The notes beneath the pieces were generated by a model. It was given only the letters and a program-made list of their open reading frames with translations, was not told the DNA's origin and ran no database searches. From Callorhinchus milii (lineage: Eukaryota), in NCBI RefSeq assembly GCF_018977255.1, contig NW_024704742.1:65598001-65662000 (forward strand): a stretch of DNA of 64,000 nucleotides, given 5' to 3'. A program made the position numbers and the translations under genes. Shown in pieces: positions 35,776 through 49,590 of this stretch (position 1 is the stretch's first letter; each line of letters opens with the position of its first letter).

Positions 35776-38700
35776 ATCTGCCCGCTGAACCACCAAGAGC
35801 ACTCGATTCATTTTTGAGTCATTCAACAATATACAGTGCCTGTGTTACAATCCTAGCAAGCTACAAATATCTTAAATATTTTTTTACCCTCCCCGCCCCA
35901 CCCCCCACTGTATACGCAGAATAATATTTCATTAAAAACGTGCAGTACAAAATGCTTGATATGCAACATTTAAATAGTAGTCTTTTTGGTGCCTGTTACA
36001 CGTGCAACGCGGAGACTGGCACCTAATTATGAGTAATCCACAACCCACTCTGATTTTTGCTTTAGTAAAAGCATCTTAGAAATGCTTCAAATTAATTACT
36101 TTAAAACTTGCCCTGATCACCTCTTATTACCCTCTTGTTACCGCCCAATAACACCCTCCTCATTTTTAACGTGTTCTGGTCTAGATGTAGTTCTCTTATT
36201 CACTGATATAAAACCAGCATCAAAATAGATTGTGTCTTCACTGAAAACTAATTCAATCCATTGTATTTTGTTGTATCTTACTTTTAGCTGCTTCAGTTGA
36301 CCTTAAAATAATTTCTGAATCAACATGCAGTTGACCAGTGTGGATTTTCATGACTGTCTTTGGATTAGGTTCCTGGTTCCAGTCAGCGCAAATGATAGGT
36401 GTTTCATATATATATATATAAAGGTTTATAAATGTATATCTATATGTAGATATAGTATACTGTATCACAACACCTAAAGCTGCTTGCAAAACTGATCACA
36501 CAATTGTATTCTGCGCCAAACCAATGGAATGCAGATTTGTGCTCTTAACTACCCATGTGGCAAGTTTCCAATCTTGGCACAGAGCTGAACTCAAAACTCT
36601 GCTCCACAGCATGTGAGAGATGTAAGGGATTATTACCCCTAGAAAAGCGATCCGCCAATCAACTAACAACCGGGTTCTTACTGTTTAGCATGGTAAACAG
36701 GTATGTGGAGTAAGGAAACTTGCCTGAGGTTTCACCCTGCTGGGGAATTGAACCTGGGTCCTCTCGTTTGCGAGGCGAGTACTCTACTCAGTAGGCTACA
36801 GGATTCCACAGGAATGGGGAGTAAAAAAGGGAAGTTGCCCCACATCCTGATACTCACACACTCGAGCAAAAAAAAAGAGCTGTGGTGACAGGAGATTGCA
36901 GGTTGTCAACCCATCTGGGTGGCCAGGAAGGTGAACAGTATATGGCCTGCAGGAAAAACAGGGCAACCCTATGAGAACACGTGACCTTGTTCTATAAGTT
37001 CAGACTGGCCCCCGTTAAAATGAAGTACAAAACAATGGTTGACTTCCAGGTCACTGCTGATCAGCAGCACTTCCTACATGCATAGTGTGAGGAGATGATG
37101 TTAGCACCACTTGCTGCACACACACAGAGCAGGATGTGATGTTAGCAATGACCTGATGACCAGGAAGGCAGCAAATTCTTAGCACTTGAAGCCAGTTTCT
37201 CAATGCTAGAAGCCCAGTGTACCATGCTTCCAATATTAGAGTCCGCGCATGCTCCAAGTAGACATGTGCTAAACAGGGGTGTGTTCTAACAGGGCCTCCC
37301 TATAGTTAAGAAGAGATCAGTTAAAAATAATAATAAATGTGTGTTACTGGAGCAGACAAGGGTGTGATATATCTGAGATATCAGATTTCAGATTCCAATC
37401 CCTATGAAGTGATCGAGCCAAGCAAGCATCTTAAAACTACTCTACATTGATTACACTGCAAGCCTCAACCACACGGTCCAGAGATGGAACGATCACACTG
37501 CGATATCCGTTTTACCCAAAAGTAAAGGTTGGAGATTGTAAAACAAACGTTCAGGTTCAGAAGTCATTGAATTTCCAGACACCAAGGGGTGGGCGAAGTG
37601 GGGGGGAGGGGGAGGAAGAAGGTGTACTTATACATGAAAAAAAATTCCACTAAGCAGAATACTGTATGTGCAATAGACCAGATAGTTGATCCAGATGGAA
37701 AGCTGTCCCAAGTTTGGTCACGTCCTGTCCTCCTTTCTCGTGTGACGTCTTCAATTCCTCTATGCAGAGATCCGAGGCCCAAATACAACAAAGTGAGTCT
37801 TTTGGTTTCTTAAACACGACACAGAGCCAATAAGCAAACTCTGCTTACACCAGGAACAAAAAAAATACCCTAGAGAATTAATCCTGCACGTACATTAATG
37901 TGGCCACAATTGCTAATCTGAACTGTTGGTAAAACTGCTATTTTACACCAGCAAAGATTAAAAATAATTCATGCCCTTGGTGTGGAGACTAACAATGAGA
38001 CTAGGGCTGGGATGATGGCTCCATCCATTGTCCCATTTCTCCTTCCGCTCTTCACTACCTCAGCGATTATCTCAGCAGCTATCTCCAAGCGCTGCTGGTC
38101 AGCCCAACCCAAGCCAACCCACTTGGCCCAGAAATTGGTGAGAAAAAAGGGGCAAAAGATACCTGCAGGAAAATAAATCATCCATACAACAAACACCCGC
38201 ACGCCCAGGGAATAACACAAATGTGCTGAAGGAGAGTGTTATAAAAATTTAACTTAAAGTAGCATAAAGGTAGTATTATACACCAATTGAACAAAGACTT
38301 CTTTCACTTGTGCAACAGATTCAATCGGGCCCTCGTAAAGCGTATGAGCCTTTCACACTCGTCACAGAACTGCTGTTAACTCACCATCGCCCGCGAGGTA
38401 TATTTTCTATGTACATAAAATGACTTAAAAATAATTTGTACCAAAGTGAGAGATCTTAATTGATTCAGATGTTTCCTAGCTTGACCATACGTCAAGCCAA
38501 GAGAATTTTGTAGCCTACGAATCCTAAAATGGAATTCTCCCCTCGCTCCCCCCCACACACATAACCATTTAGATATTTTTTCATTGTATAAAAAAACAAA
38601 GCAACTATCTTTTTTTCAAACCAGTTATGATTTAGCGCATAGGTATTTTACAGCTTTTCTACTCCCAAATCCCAGAATTAGAACCCTGCTTTACAAATTT

Positions 38701-40384
38701 TTGACAAGATTTAACTTTCCGAGAATTAATGAAGTGCATTTTCAGACGTTTCATAGTTTATAATACATTTCCATTGTTAGACTAAATTCAGCTACTTTTT
38801 TTCTGAATTCAAGACATTCTCCATGCAAAAGGAAAAAAAATTGCTATTTAAAATATGCACAGTTTTTCTTTCAGGAAACAGGAGCTATAGCCTTATTTGT
38901 TTTTGTTCAGGCGGGCAATGTACACAGACGCGAGGCACAGACACATGCCAAATTGCTTTGCATTGCTTCTGCATTCTACAATTTACAAGTCTGGTGTCAT
39001 TGAAGCAACGTATTGTGGTTTGCACTCAGCAAGGCTGCAGAGATCAGTTATATACACTTATTCTTACTCACCCACCCACCCCCCCCACCACGCACACACA
39101 CACACACATACGCAATGAAGTGCTTATTTTTTTGTAATATGCTGTGTATCTTTGTGCTCCCAGAAGGAATTTTCACTGGTTGCTATACAGTATATTTGGT
39201 TTAACAGGACTCTGCATACAAATTGAGATGTGGTTGTGTTTCCATAGATACTGCAGCCTCCCTGGTGCTCCAATGACACCAATTGAGCACAAGCAGAAAA
39301 CAGCAGGGGAGAGAGACACTGCAGTGAGCATGCTGGCGTTTGGGCCCGGGTTTGCTAATCCGCAGATAAAGGGGACTGACGGTCTGACTAAATGGCTATT
39401 TTACAGTGCGCGATATGAAATTTTAAAAATCTGAAGAATTCCTGCTGGTTTGTGAAGACAATGGAAATGAGATTTGATTCACTGGATTCACTTCCCCAAC
39501 CCACCTGCCCCCTCCTCCCCCACCCCGCCCCCCGCCACCCCGCGCTCACGCCTCCAGTTTGGTAGGATATGGTGCCACATCCCAACGGTTTATTTCTCTT
39601 ACTCAAAAGTTATGTTGCAGCCCAGATGGAAATGATTCAGGCCAGGGTCCGTCTCATTGGCAATGGTGTAAATTTGGGCAAGGGACTTCCTCTTCATGCA
39701 GCAGAGCAAGCCGTACCTTTTTTTTGTTTAATTTTTCTTTGATTTTATTTCACCCGCAATTTGTTTCTGAGGAGTATTACCAGCGAGACTAGAACTGCTG
39801 ACGTGAAGGGAGATGTGTTGACCAGCAGGGAAAGTGCCTATCATCACAGGCTGGTGTGTAATGATCCAATCCCCCACCCCTCGCGCCCCCCACAGCCTAC
39901 AACCACCCACCCCGGTCCAATCCATGCCAAAATCCACCTGTTTACACCTTATAGCAAATTCCTACCACATCTGGATTCCACGATTGATGCGCTGGAGTAG
40001 GTTTGAGGTGAGACTGGATAAGTTGTAAGTTGACCCAGCACCCAACCACACCAACCTCCTTGCCATTGCCCTCACAGTCAGACATTCCGTACAAGTGTAC
40101 AGGGGAAGAATGTCAATAAAGGACCCGTGTGTTTATGACCACCAGCATCCTACCACGTAGTCTGGGGAGATATGAACCATTAGCCAATAAATTCTCTGTT
40201 ACAGAAAATCAAAGAGGAGGAGGAGAGAACAGGGAAGGAGGGAAGGAGAGGGAAATCAAAAAATAAATTTACAAAACGATCTGTATTCAACACTGGTGTT
40301 TTGAAGAGGCCCTGGAGGTGAGGGTTAGGAGGGGAGGAATGATGGGGGAAAGAAGAGGAAAGAGGTGTCAGAAAGGTTGATTCT

Positions 40385-40752
40385 TTACTCTTCACGGAGT
40401 TGCAGCCGGTAGCGGTGATAGTGGAGCTGGAAAAACATTCTCTCCAAGATGGAGTGGCTCATTCCTGGAAGCACGTAGTGTTCAGTGACCCCCACATATT
40501 TGAACCCTAATGATTCGTACAGCCTGTGGGCAGCCATTTTGACGGCAGTGGTTCCCAGGACGACGGCAGAGTAGTTGTTGAGCATGGCGAACTCCAGGAC
40601 TTTACGGCCCAAGGCCTTGGCGATTCCCTTCCCCCTGTATTTGGCGTCCACCGACATACGGCGCAGTTCCACCGTGTTATCTTCTTCGTTGCCTCTCGCT
40701 GCTACAATGCCCACAACATTCCCATCCAGGACTGTGACCCAGAAACAGGAAC
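40385..40752 (-). CDS. NAT8L: N-acetylaspartate synthetase (GNAT family), last coding exon
   Basis: Minus-strand acceptor CAG|GT at 40752. Translates (G)SCFWVTVLDGNVVGIVAARGNEEDNTVELRRMSVD...RGKGIAKALG...YHRYRLQLREE*, with the acetyl-CoA motif RGKGIA and the C-terminus recognised from NAT8L. ORF-track residues upstream of 40752 are intronic. Confidence 0.96.
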
Positions 40753-40782
40753 CTGATGGCGGCGGGTTATGAAGGGGGTAAG

Positions 40783-40809
40783 AGGGAGAGAGAGAGAGAG
40801 CGAGAGAGA
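40783..40809. repeat. (GA)n microsatellite near the NAT8L acceptor
   Basis: Visible GA run, pyrimidine-rich on the minus strand. Confidence 0.85.
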
Positions 40810-41043
40810 AAGGAAAATGCACTTTCTTAGTTGCAAATAATATTTCAGATATCCATTCTGTCGTTTCACAACTTTTATTACATTACATTAATTAGGCTGA
40901 ATAAATAATGATTCTCGAATTTGATATAGCATCTTACTACATTGTTTTGAGACTCTCAAAGAATATACTGTAAAGTTAATTTACTGTATATTTTGTGGCT
41001 GAAACCCGGTAACCAATTGCGCACAATAAATCTAAATCACCAT

Positions 41044-41505
41044 TAATAATCCTTGCATTTGATATAGCGTCATATCACATAGTTGAGACGTCTCAAAGCA
41101 CTTCACAGGATATTTTGTTAAATGGATTGACTGTGTATTGTGTATTTTGTGGGTGAAATGCGACAGCCAGTTGTGCACAGCAGTGTCCCACAAACAGCCA
41201 TTGGAGTGAGCAATCAATTTTTTTTTTGTGGGGGTGGGGGGGGGGATTGTTGGCCAGGACACTGGGGAAACTCCCTGCTCTTTTTTTGAATAGTACCATA
41301 GGATCTTTAACATCTATTTGAACAGACAGGCGGGACTTTGGTTCAATGTCTGAAAGATGGCACCTCCGACAATGCAATCGCCCCCGCCCAGCTCCGCACT
41401 GGAATGTCAGCTTAGACTATGTGATTCCAATTCCCGATGTGAGGTGTGAACCAATAACCGTCTGAGTCAAGAGTCGAGAGTGCTAGCACTGCGCCAGGCT
41501 GACAC
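41044..41505 (-). mobile_element. DeuSINE family B, full length
   Basis: Head, body, Deu domain and tail all present in reverse. Confidence 0.85.
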
Positions 41506-44500
41506 ACAAAATAACTTATACATATAAATAATCAAGATTATTTCATGATATCTAGTTCCCCCTCCCCATTTACAGTTTTTAATGCATAATCATGTAACCA
41601 ATACAACACACGCTCTGACTAGTATGGGGCAGCAGTGCAAAAAAATTCAACACGCAATTGGGGTAAATGTTTCTCTTGGGCGTTTGGCTGAGTCAATCTC
41701 TCGTTCAGACAATCATAGAGATTTAGAGAATCACTGAGTTTCTTGTTCTTTCTACCATCTGTTATTTAGGGCATAAAAGGGAAATATCCTCAGTCAAACC
41801 CTGAAGATAACGATTTTGGCTTCATCTACTTTTTTTTAAGCAATAAATTATCCGTGTTCAAGGCACCAGCACATGGAAGTGACATTGTCCCCTTCATTAT
41901 ATAATAATCATCCTTGCATTTAATATAGCACCTTGTCACATCATCGAGACGTCTCAAAGCACTTCATTGGATACACTGTAAAGTGGATTGACTATACTTT
42001 GTGGATAATTGTGAATGAACTGTGGATAATTGGGCCCAGTTATTTGCCTATGGGAATTGGTTGGTTCTGAATATCTTTTCTTCCCATTTTTTGTTTTAAA
42101 ACTTGTATAGCGAAAGCTCAAAACATTGTAATTCGGAGGACATGACATCAGTTAATTTCTCAATGATCTGTCCATGTACCGAGCTCCCCTTGTAAGACCT
42201 TTGCTGCCTCTTCTGATTCCATAGTCCTGTTCCCCAATTTAGTGTCATCTGTAAATTTCACTACTTTGCATTGAGTCTGGGAATCCAAGTTATTAATGTT
42301 AAGAATGGGTCCAAATACTTACGAGATATCCACCCTGGCCTTCATTTCAGCTCCTTTCCCCATCCTGGCCAATTTCCCCCAATGACAACCCTCTGCTTTC
42401 CTTCCATTCAACTAATGTGGAAACCATAATAGGAATAATAATAATAATCCTTGCATTTGATATAATGCCTTATCACGTGGTTGAAACATCTCAAAGCGCT
42501 TTACGGAATATACAACAACAACTTGCATTTATACAGCACCCTTCACGTGGGGTAGCGTCCCAGAGCATTACTTTATAATGTAAAGTGGATTGACTGCATT
42601 TTGTCGATGAAATGTGGCAGCCAATTGCGCACAGCAGTGCCCACAAACAGTCGTAGATTGAGAGACCAAATTATTATTTATTTATTAATTTAGTTAATTT
42701 ATTTATTGCAGGGATTATTAGCCGTAGATTCTCCATAACTCAGTTAACAATATCATTCTGGGGACAAGTGAGAGGAGACGCATTCAGCCACCAGGCGAGA
42801 CGACCGGTGTCGGTTTCGATTGCTCGCGCAGAGTGACATGACTGCCTGTGGCGTCCATCCACCAGTCTGACCAGCAACTAGACAATGTGCCGTTGCCTTG
42901 TCACAAGCAACAACTGCAAAGGACATCATTCAAGGCTGTAGGGTTGTGGTGCAAGACAGCCGCTTCACTGATATATTATTGGGGTGTGGGGCGGTGGGAA
43001 AGGGGACAGTAATCCCACATAAGTGTTAAATTCATCTCTGTAAATGATTCAGGAGGACCCTTCAAACAATAGGCTGTAACTAGCAAATGATTTAGACTTT
43101 CATGGGTGAGAGAGGATAGTGCATTGTGCTGAGTAAAACTCAGCAGTCAGTTCAATGGACCGTTGACACATCAAAGAATCAGGCCTCGCATAGATTATCA
43201 TACATTCGCAGCCATTTTCTGGTCCTCCTAATGTGAGAAAGCAATTTATACAAGACAGAAGTGCCTCAATGCAACCAGAGGGGGGTGATTTATATCCAGT
43301 TGTGATTTATAAACTTGAAGCTCAATCGATGTCAAAGCCGTGTGAGATTACTTTGGTTTTAAATTTAAGGTCAGGCTGGCTTTGAGGAACGACATCAAGT
43401 CTTATTTGGAAATTGCTGCTTTTTCAAAGCTGCAGAAAACCAACTTCCCACCTCATAACACATAATCCTAGATTTGCCCACAAAATACACAGTCAATTCA
43501 TTTTACAGTATATTCTGTGAAGTACTTTCAGATATCTCAACAATGTAATAAGGCACTATGTCAAAGGCAAGGATTGTTATCATTATAATTCATGATCTTA
43601 AAAATTTTAAGACAAAATTGATCAGCCTAAGACTTGGTGGAATTTAAGGCGACTGCATTGGGTTCAGATAAACCTACTAAATCTGAAATAAATAACTTGT
43701 AATTTTATGTTGCCTTTTCACACCGAAACGTCTCAAAGTGTTTCGCAGATATTTAAAGCCAAACATGGTGATTGTTTTAGACCCTCCTCTTCAAACACAC
43801 CTGTGGTCACCCCCCTACGCCTACCCTCCCTGCCCTCCACCCCTCCTGATCCCAACCCACAGCTCAGGTCCAAATCCCTGACTGTCCAGTGCCTTGGTAT
43901 GTCCTCCCGATATGGAAAGTGCTATACAAATGTCATTTGTTGTTATTTCAGTTAGCAAAACGCAGCAACTATTTCCACACAGCAAATTCCTACTAAAAGC
44001 TATGAAGTGAATGACCTATTAACCTGAGAAACTTTGACCAGGGGAATTTAAGGGAATTGATTCCTGTTTTCTGTTTAATGAGATAAAGATTCCAATCCAC
44101 ATTTGATTATTTTACAGGAACATAACATGGAGAGACAACCTTTGTGATTGAAGCAGTGTCCATGCACTTTACTGTTGTAAATCTGGTGTGTGTCAGCCCA
44201 GCAGATGACCACTGGTATGTTGTCTATGCAGTAAATATCACGTTATGCTGCTTATCAGTGCTACTTAACCTTGGTGGGTTTCCAAAATGAATTCAGACGG
44301 TAGCAAACTCCAATAAAATACGTAACCTACTTTCACCACTCAAGAGAAGCACGGCAGTGCTAAAAATACTCAACAGACACAATTTTTCTACAACAATGTG
44401 TAACAACACCGCACCATGTGATGATATTTAAATGTATAAAAGGCAGAGCTTTAAGGGGGCAGAGATGGGAATGACAGCAATGCGGTGAAATCATCAGTGC

Positions 44501-44769
44501 GATTAAAACCTTTTAACACTAAATTATAGCTGGCAATGGAGTACTCTGGTGTCCATGGTTACAGGATCTCCGTCTATTGTGTTTCACTAAAATAGATCCA
44601 GTAGTCACGGGAGAGTATTCTGGAAGGATAAGATTAAAAGGACAAATCATCTGAACCTATTCTCGTGATCTTTTGAGAACCCACTGCATATATGTGGTCA
44701 GACATTTCTCAGTGCTAAGTATAGTGACTTTGCTGACCTGCGCTTATATTGGGAAATGCCTAATAAAAA

Positions 44770-45660
44770 TAATATAATCCTTGCATTTGTTTTTTATCAT
44801 GTAACTGAAGTACTTCACAGAATAAATTGTGAAGTGGCTTGGCTGTATTTTGTGAGCAAAACATGGCAGCCAATTGTGCACAGCAGTGTGGATTGAGTGA
44901 CCAAATTATTTTTAAAGGGATTATTACCCCGGAAAGCGATCCCCAATAACAACCGGGTTCCTACTTACTGCTAGGTAAACAGAAGCGTGTGGAGCTAGGA
45001 AACATGCCTAAGGTTTCACCCTGCCGGGAATCGAACCGGGTCCTCTTGCTTGCGAAGCGAGTGCTCTATAATAATAATAGTTCAGTGGTAGAGCACTCAC
45101 CTTGCAAGCGAGAGACCTGAGAGAAGGTAATAATTCCTTTAAAATAATAATAATAAATTGGTCACTTCAATCCACAACTATTTGTGGGACACTGCTGTGC
45201 GCAATTGGCTGCCGCATTTCGCCCACAAAATATGCAGCCAATTCACTTTACGGTATATTCCGTGAAGTGCTTTGAGACATCTCTATTACGTGATAAGGCG
45301 CTATACCAAATGCAAGAATTTTTATAATAATCGTTATATTTGATATAGCACCTTATCAGGTCTTCGAGACTCCACAGGACTCCACAAATTAATAGCAGCC
45401 TCAAAGCAGCCAACTGCGTACAGCTGTGTTCCACAAACAGTCGTGGATTGAGTGACCAGTTTATTTTTTTTTGAAGGGATTATTACCCCCAGAGAAACAA
45501 TCTGCCAATCGACTAACAATAGGATTCCTACTTACTGCTCGGTAAACAGAAGTGTGTGTAGTAAGGATATTTTGCCAACGTTTTGCCCAGCCCGGGAATC
45601 AAACCCAGGTCCTTTCTCTTGCAAGGCGAGTGCTCTAACCACTACGTTACAGGACTCCAC
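44770..45660. mobile_element. Cluster of three SINE family A copies (-, +, -)
   Basis: 44770-45067 (-), 45079-45330 (+), 45335-45660 (-). Confidence 0.8.
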
Positions 45661-46860
45661 AAATTAATAGCAAACTTTGGGGGGGTGGGTGGGAAAGGAA
45701 GGGGGTTGTTGGGGAGGCAGTGGGGGAAGAAAGGAGTTCATGACTTGATTGACAGCATTAAATATTTTAAGTAAGTTCTATTCAGATCAGCCCCCTTTGA
45801 CTCCTCAAAATCTCCCCCTAAAATCTAAATGAATTGCTTTGGGACACCCATCTTTAGGCTGGTTTTGACTTTCTGATTTCAGATAACAAAAACATTTTTG
45901 GGGTGGGAGGGTGGAATTAGCTTTTGGGCAAAAAAATAGGGCTCCGACTATTCAGCTGCAGAGACTCTGTTTTTTTTAACCACTACCTACAGGACTTTGT
46001 TGATCATTAAAGTATAGGGAAGTTCCTATCACCCCCAAAAATTCAAATATCACCCCCAAATATCAAATGCCACCCCAATACCAAATATCACCTGCACGTC
46101 ACTCCAATACCGAATTCTACTTCCAAAATACCAAATAACATCCATAATTAAACTGGCTTGGCTGTTGTTATATGTTCTGTATTGTAATAACCCTTTGTAA
46201 AAATTAATCCTCTAAATTGGTTTAGCATCTCAGCCAACGTAAGTAAGTTAGGACGACACCTCTGACAATGTAGCACTTCCCCAGCACTGCACTGAAACGC
46301 TAGCCTAGAGGAAAGCACAATGTACAATAAAACACAGGGTGAATGCTCTTGGAAAAGAAAAACGTAGAGATATTAAAACTAGGCGAAGTCCACACTAACT
46401 AACTATTCACAAAGATTCCATTTCACGTTGTGAAACAATAAATCTTCTGGCATCCAATCAAGCGGTAATAGTGAATACAGACTTCCTCTGCCTCCAATGT
46501 ATCAAGTTCATTGTAGGCACGAATCACATTTATATTTAGCCACAGCCAAAACTTTAATCTATGCGCAGTGAAGTGCTGTATTAGAATCTTGCAGTTCCAT
46601 AAAAAAATGCATGTTTCCTCTATTTCTTGCCTCCCATAAGTGTTTGTCCACATTACCTTACTTGTGCTACTTTGATTTTCCACCCCATCCTCCAGTTATT
46701 GTATAACTCTCTGAAATGTTTGAAGGTTATACTCAATAAAAATCAGGTTAAGGTTCTCAAAGAGGTCAGCATGGAATGGGGTGAAATATGTAGCATTTGA
46801 TACTTATCACATAAGGTGTTATTTTTCCACCCCAAGGTATCTTGACTTTAATGTTCTGTG

Positions 46861-48628
46861 CAACAACAACAAAATTACATTTGTATAGAGTCTTTAATGT
46901 TGGGAGGACATCCTAAAGCACTGGACAGTCAAGTGTTTCGGACCCAAGCTGGGGTTTGGGATCGGGGGGGGTGGAGGACAGTGGGGGAAGCAGGATGATC
47001 AAAGGCACAGTTGAAGAGGAGGGTCTTGCGATGGGTCTTGAAGGAGGTAAGGGAGGGGGCGAGGCAAAGGGACTGCAGGATGGAGTTCCAGACGGTGAGG
47101 CAGAACGGCTGAAGGCCCGCCTGCCAATGGTTTGGTGGGTGAGGCAGGGGACATGAAGCAGGCTGGAGCCTGCTGAGCAGAGGGAGCAGGCAGGTTGGTA
47201 GGGGTTTAGGCGGTCGCAGAGGTAGGGGGAGCAAGATCATGGAGGGCTTTGAAGGTGAGGATCAGAATCTTGAACTGTATCCTCTGTGTGATGGGAAGCC
47301 AGTGCAGTCAGATGAGGATGGGGATGATAGGGTCATGGAGCCTAGTGCGGGGGTGGACATGGGCTGCAGAGTTCTGGATGATTTACACCCTATGGAGGGA
47401 GGAGTTGGGGAGGCCAACAATCATGGAGTTTGCATAGTCAAGCCTGGATGTTATGAATGTGTGTATGAAGGTTTCAGCGGTCTGCGTGTGAGACAGTGGA
47501 GGAGCCGGGCGATGTTGCGGAGGTGGGGAAGGCAGAGTGGGTCATGGCACTGATGTGGGGTAGAAAGGATAGTTGAGGGTCAAACAAGACGCCAAGGTTC
47601 CAGACTGGCTCAGTGAGGTGGAGTGTGCAACCGTGGATGGTGATGCTGTCAGCGCCTGAGGTGTGGAGGCCCTGACGTGAGCCAATCAGTAGAGCCTCGG
47701 TCTTGTTGACATTCAACTGTAGAAAGTTAGCTCTCATCTGGGACTTCATGTCAGGACAGCAGTGGTCCTGGAGTCAAAGATGGAGGCAGAAAGATAGAGT
47801 TGGGTGTCATCCGCATACATGTAGAAGTTGACCCCATGTCTGCGGATGATGTCATCAAGGGGGAGCACATAGATATTGAAGAGGGGACCTCAGGGACCCC
47901 TGAGGAACGCCACAGGAGATGGTTCGGGGGCTAGATGAGAAACCGTTTGTGGAGATGAAGTGGAGGCGGTGTGAGAGGTATGATCTGAACCATGAAGGTT
48001 GAGGTGAGATGAGAGGCGGTGGAGGAGGATAGAGGGTCAACAGTATCGAAGGCAGCAGAGAGGTCAAGGAGAACGATGGACAAAATGTTATTTGTCACTT
48101 TGATCAGGGCTGTTTCTGTGCTGTGAGCGGCATGGAAACCCGATTGGAGGGGTTCGTGAAGGGAGTGGTGGGAGAGGAAGGAGTGAATCTGGGCAGCAAC
48201 GACTTGTTCCAGGGCCCTGCAAGGAAAGGGAGGTTGGAGATGGGGCGGCAGTTTGAGAGCAGGGATGGGTCCAGGGATGGTTTTTTTGAGGATAGGAGTG
48301 ATGACGGTCGTTTTTAGAGGGGTGGGAACGGTGCCAGTGGACAGGGAGAGGTTGATGATGTATGTGAGCAGGGGTTGTGAGTTGAAGCCCATGACAGGAA
48401 ATGAGCTCACATTGCGGATGACGCTCCAGTCCAGGGCAGGAGCAGCGCTGCGCTGTTGGAGGTGTTGTTTTCAGATGAGATGTTAAACCGAGGCCCCTTC
48501 TGTCTATTCAGTTTGCATTGACACTATTCAAAAAGGGAAAGAAGGGCTGGTGTCCTGCCCAAAAATCCTCCAGATAAATTTGTCGTTCATGGCTGTTATG
48601 CAAATTGGCTGCTGTGTTTGCCCACATT
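46861..48628 (-). mobile_element. L2 LINE (~1.5 kb) with fused antisense DeuSINE at its 5' end
   Basis: RT motifs LLDLSAAFDTVD, GVPQG and YADD; same SINE junction as the 10140-10897 copy. Confidence 0.88.
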
Positions 48629-49590
48629 GTCTGTGAGTAGAGGAGCGAGGAGGTGGAGTTGGGAGATAAGGAGAGGGGTAGGGATGGGGTCGAGAGAGCA
48701 GGTGCTCAGTTTCATACAGGTTATAGTGGTGGTCAGAGGAGTTGGGTTGCAAATATGCTATGTGAATTTAACTAGCACCTGGATTCAAAAAGTGCCAGTC
48801 TGGCTCAGTTGGTAGCACTCCCTCTCTCGCCTCCAAGTCAGAAGGTTGTGGGTTCAAGCCCCAGGTCGGGACTTTGAACTCATGTAGTCTAGAGTGACAT
48901 TCCAATGCAGTGTCAGGGGAGAGCTGTGTTGTGTTGGAGATGCCGTCCTTTGATAAGACATTAAGCCAACTCCTGTCTGTCTGTTTATGTGGACATTAAA
49001 GATCTTATTGCACTATTGAAAAGAGGAGTTTCTCCCTGTGTGCCAGCCAACAATACCCAAATAATAGTGGTCACTCATTTAATAACTATTTGTGAGATAT
49101 AATAATAAGAATCCTTGCATTTGGTATAGTGCCTAATTACGTCGTCAAGACATCTCAAAGCGCTTCACAGAATACTATATATTGTGGGCGAAACTTGGCA
49201 GCCAGATGTGCACAACAATATTATGCAAATTGACTACAAATACACAATCACTAAACTGTAGAGTAAATTCTGTGAAGCACTCTGACATGTCCTCCCAAAA
49301 CGAAAGATGCTATATTAAATGCAAGAATTATTATTAATTACGTTTTAATAGAATTTATAGATTCTGCTTCACCTCGAAGTTGTGGCACAGAATTCTACAT
49401 GTTTAGAATACTTTTCTAATCTCTTTAAATCTTTTTGCAATTATCTTAAATCTGCGTCCTCTTGTTACAATTCGAGCACCAGTGTTAATAATCAATAACC
49501 AGTTAGTCTTTAAGTTTACTTCCTTCTTTTAAAAAAAACATGATATCTACTGCACAGTTTCAAACCATAAATTAAAAAATAATCAACAGT

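Larger units (their letters stand above)
29975..40384 (-). other. Putative long NAT8L 3'UTR
   Basis: Relatively transposon-poor, AT-rich stretch after the NAT8L stop. Minus-strand AATAAA at 29991-29996 is preceded by a TGTAAATA element (30004-30011). Confidence 0.5.

Noticed and set aside
38045..38065. Minus-strand TGAGGTAGT resembling the let-7 5' end
   Set aside because: Only 9 nt match and no convincing precursor hairpin
40753..40822. N-terminal extension of the NAT8L ORF in the track
   Set aside because: Intronic read-through across the acceptor and the (GA)n repeat
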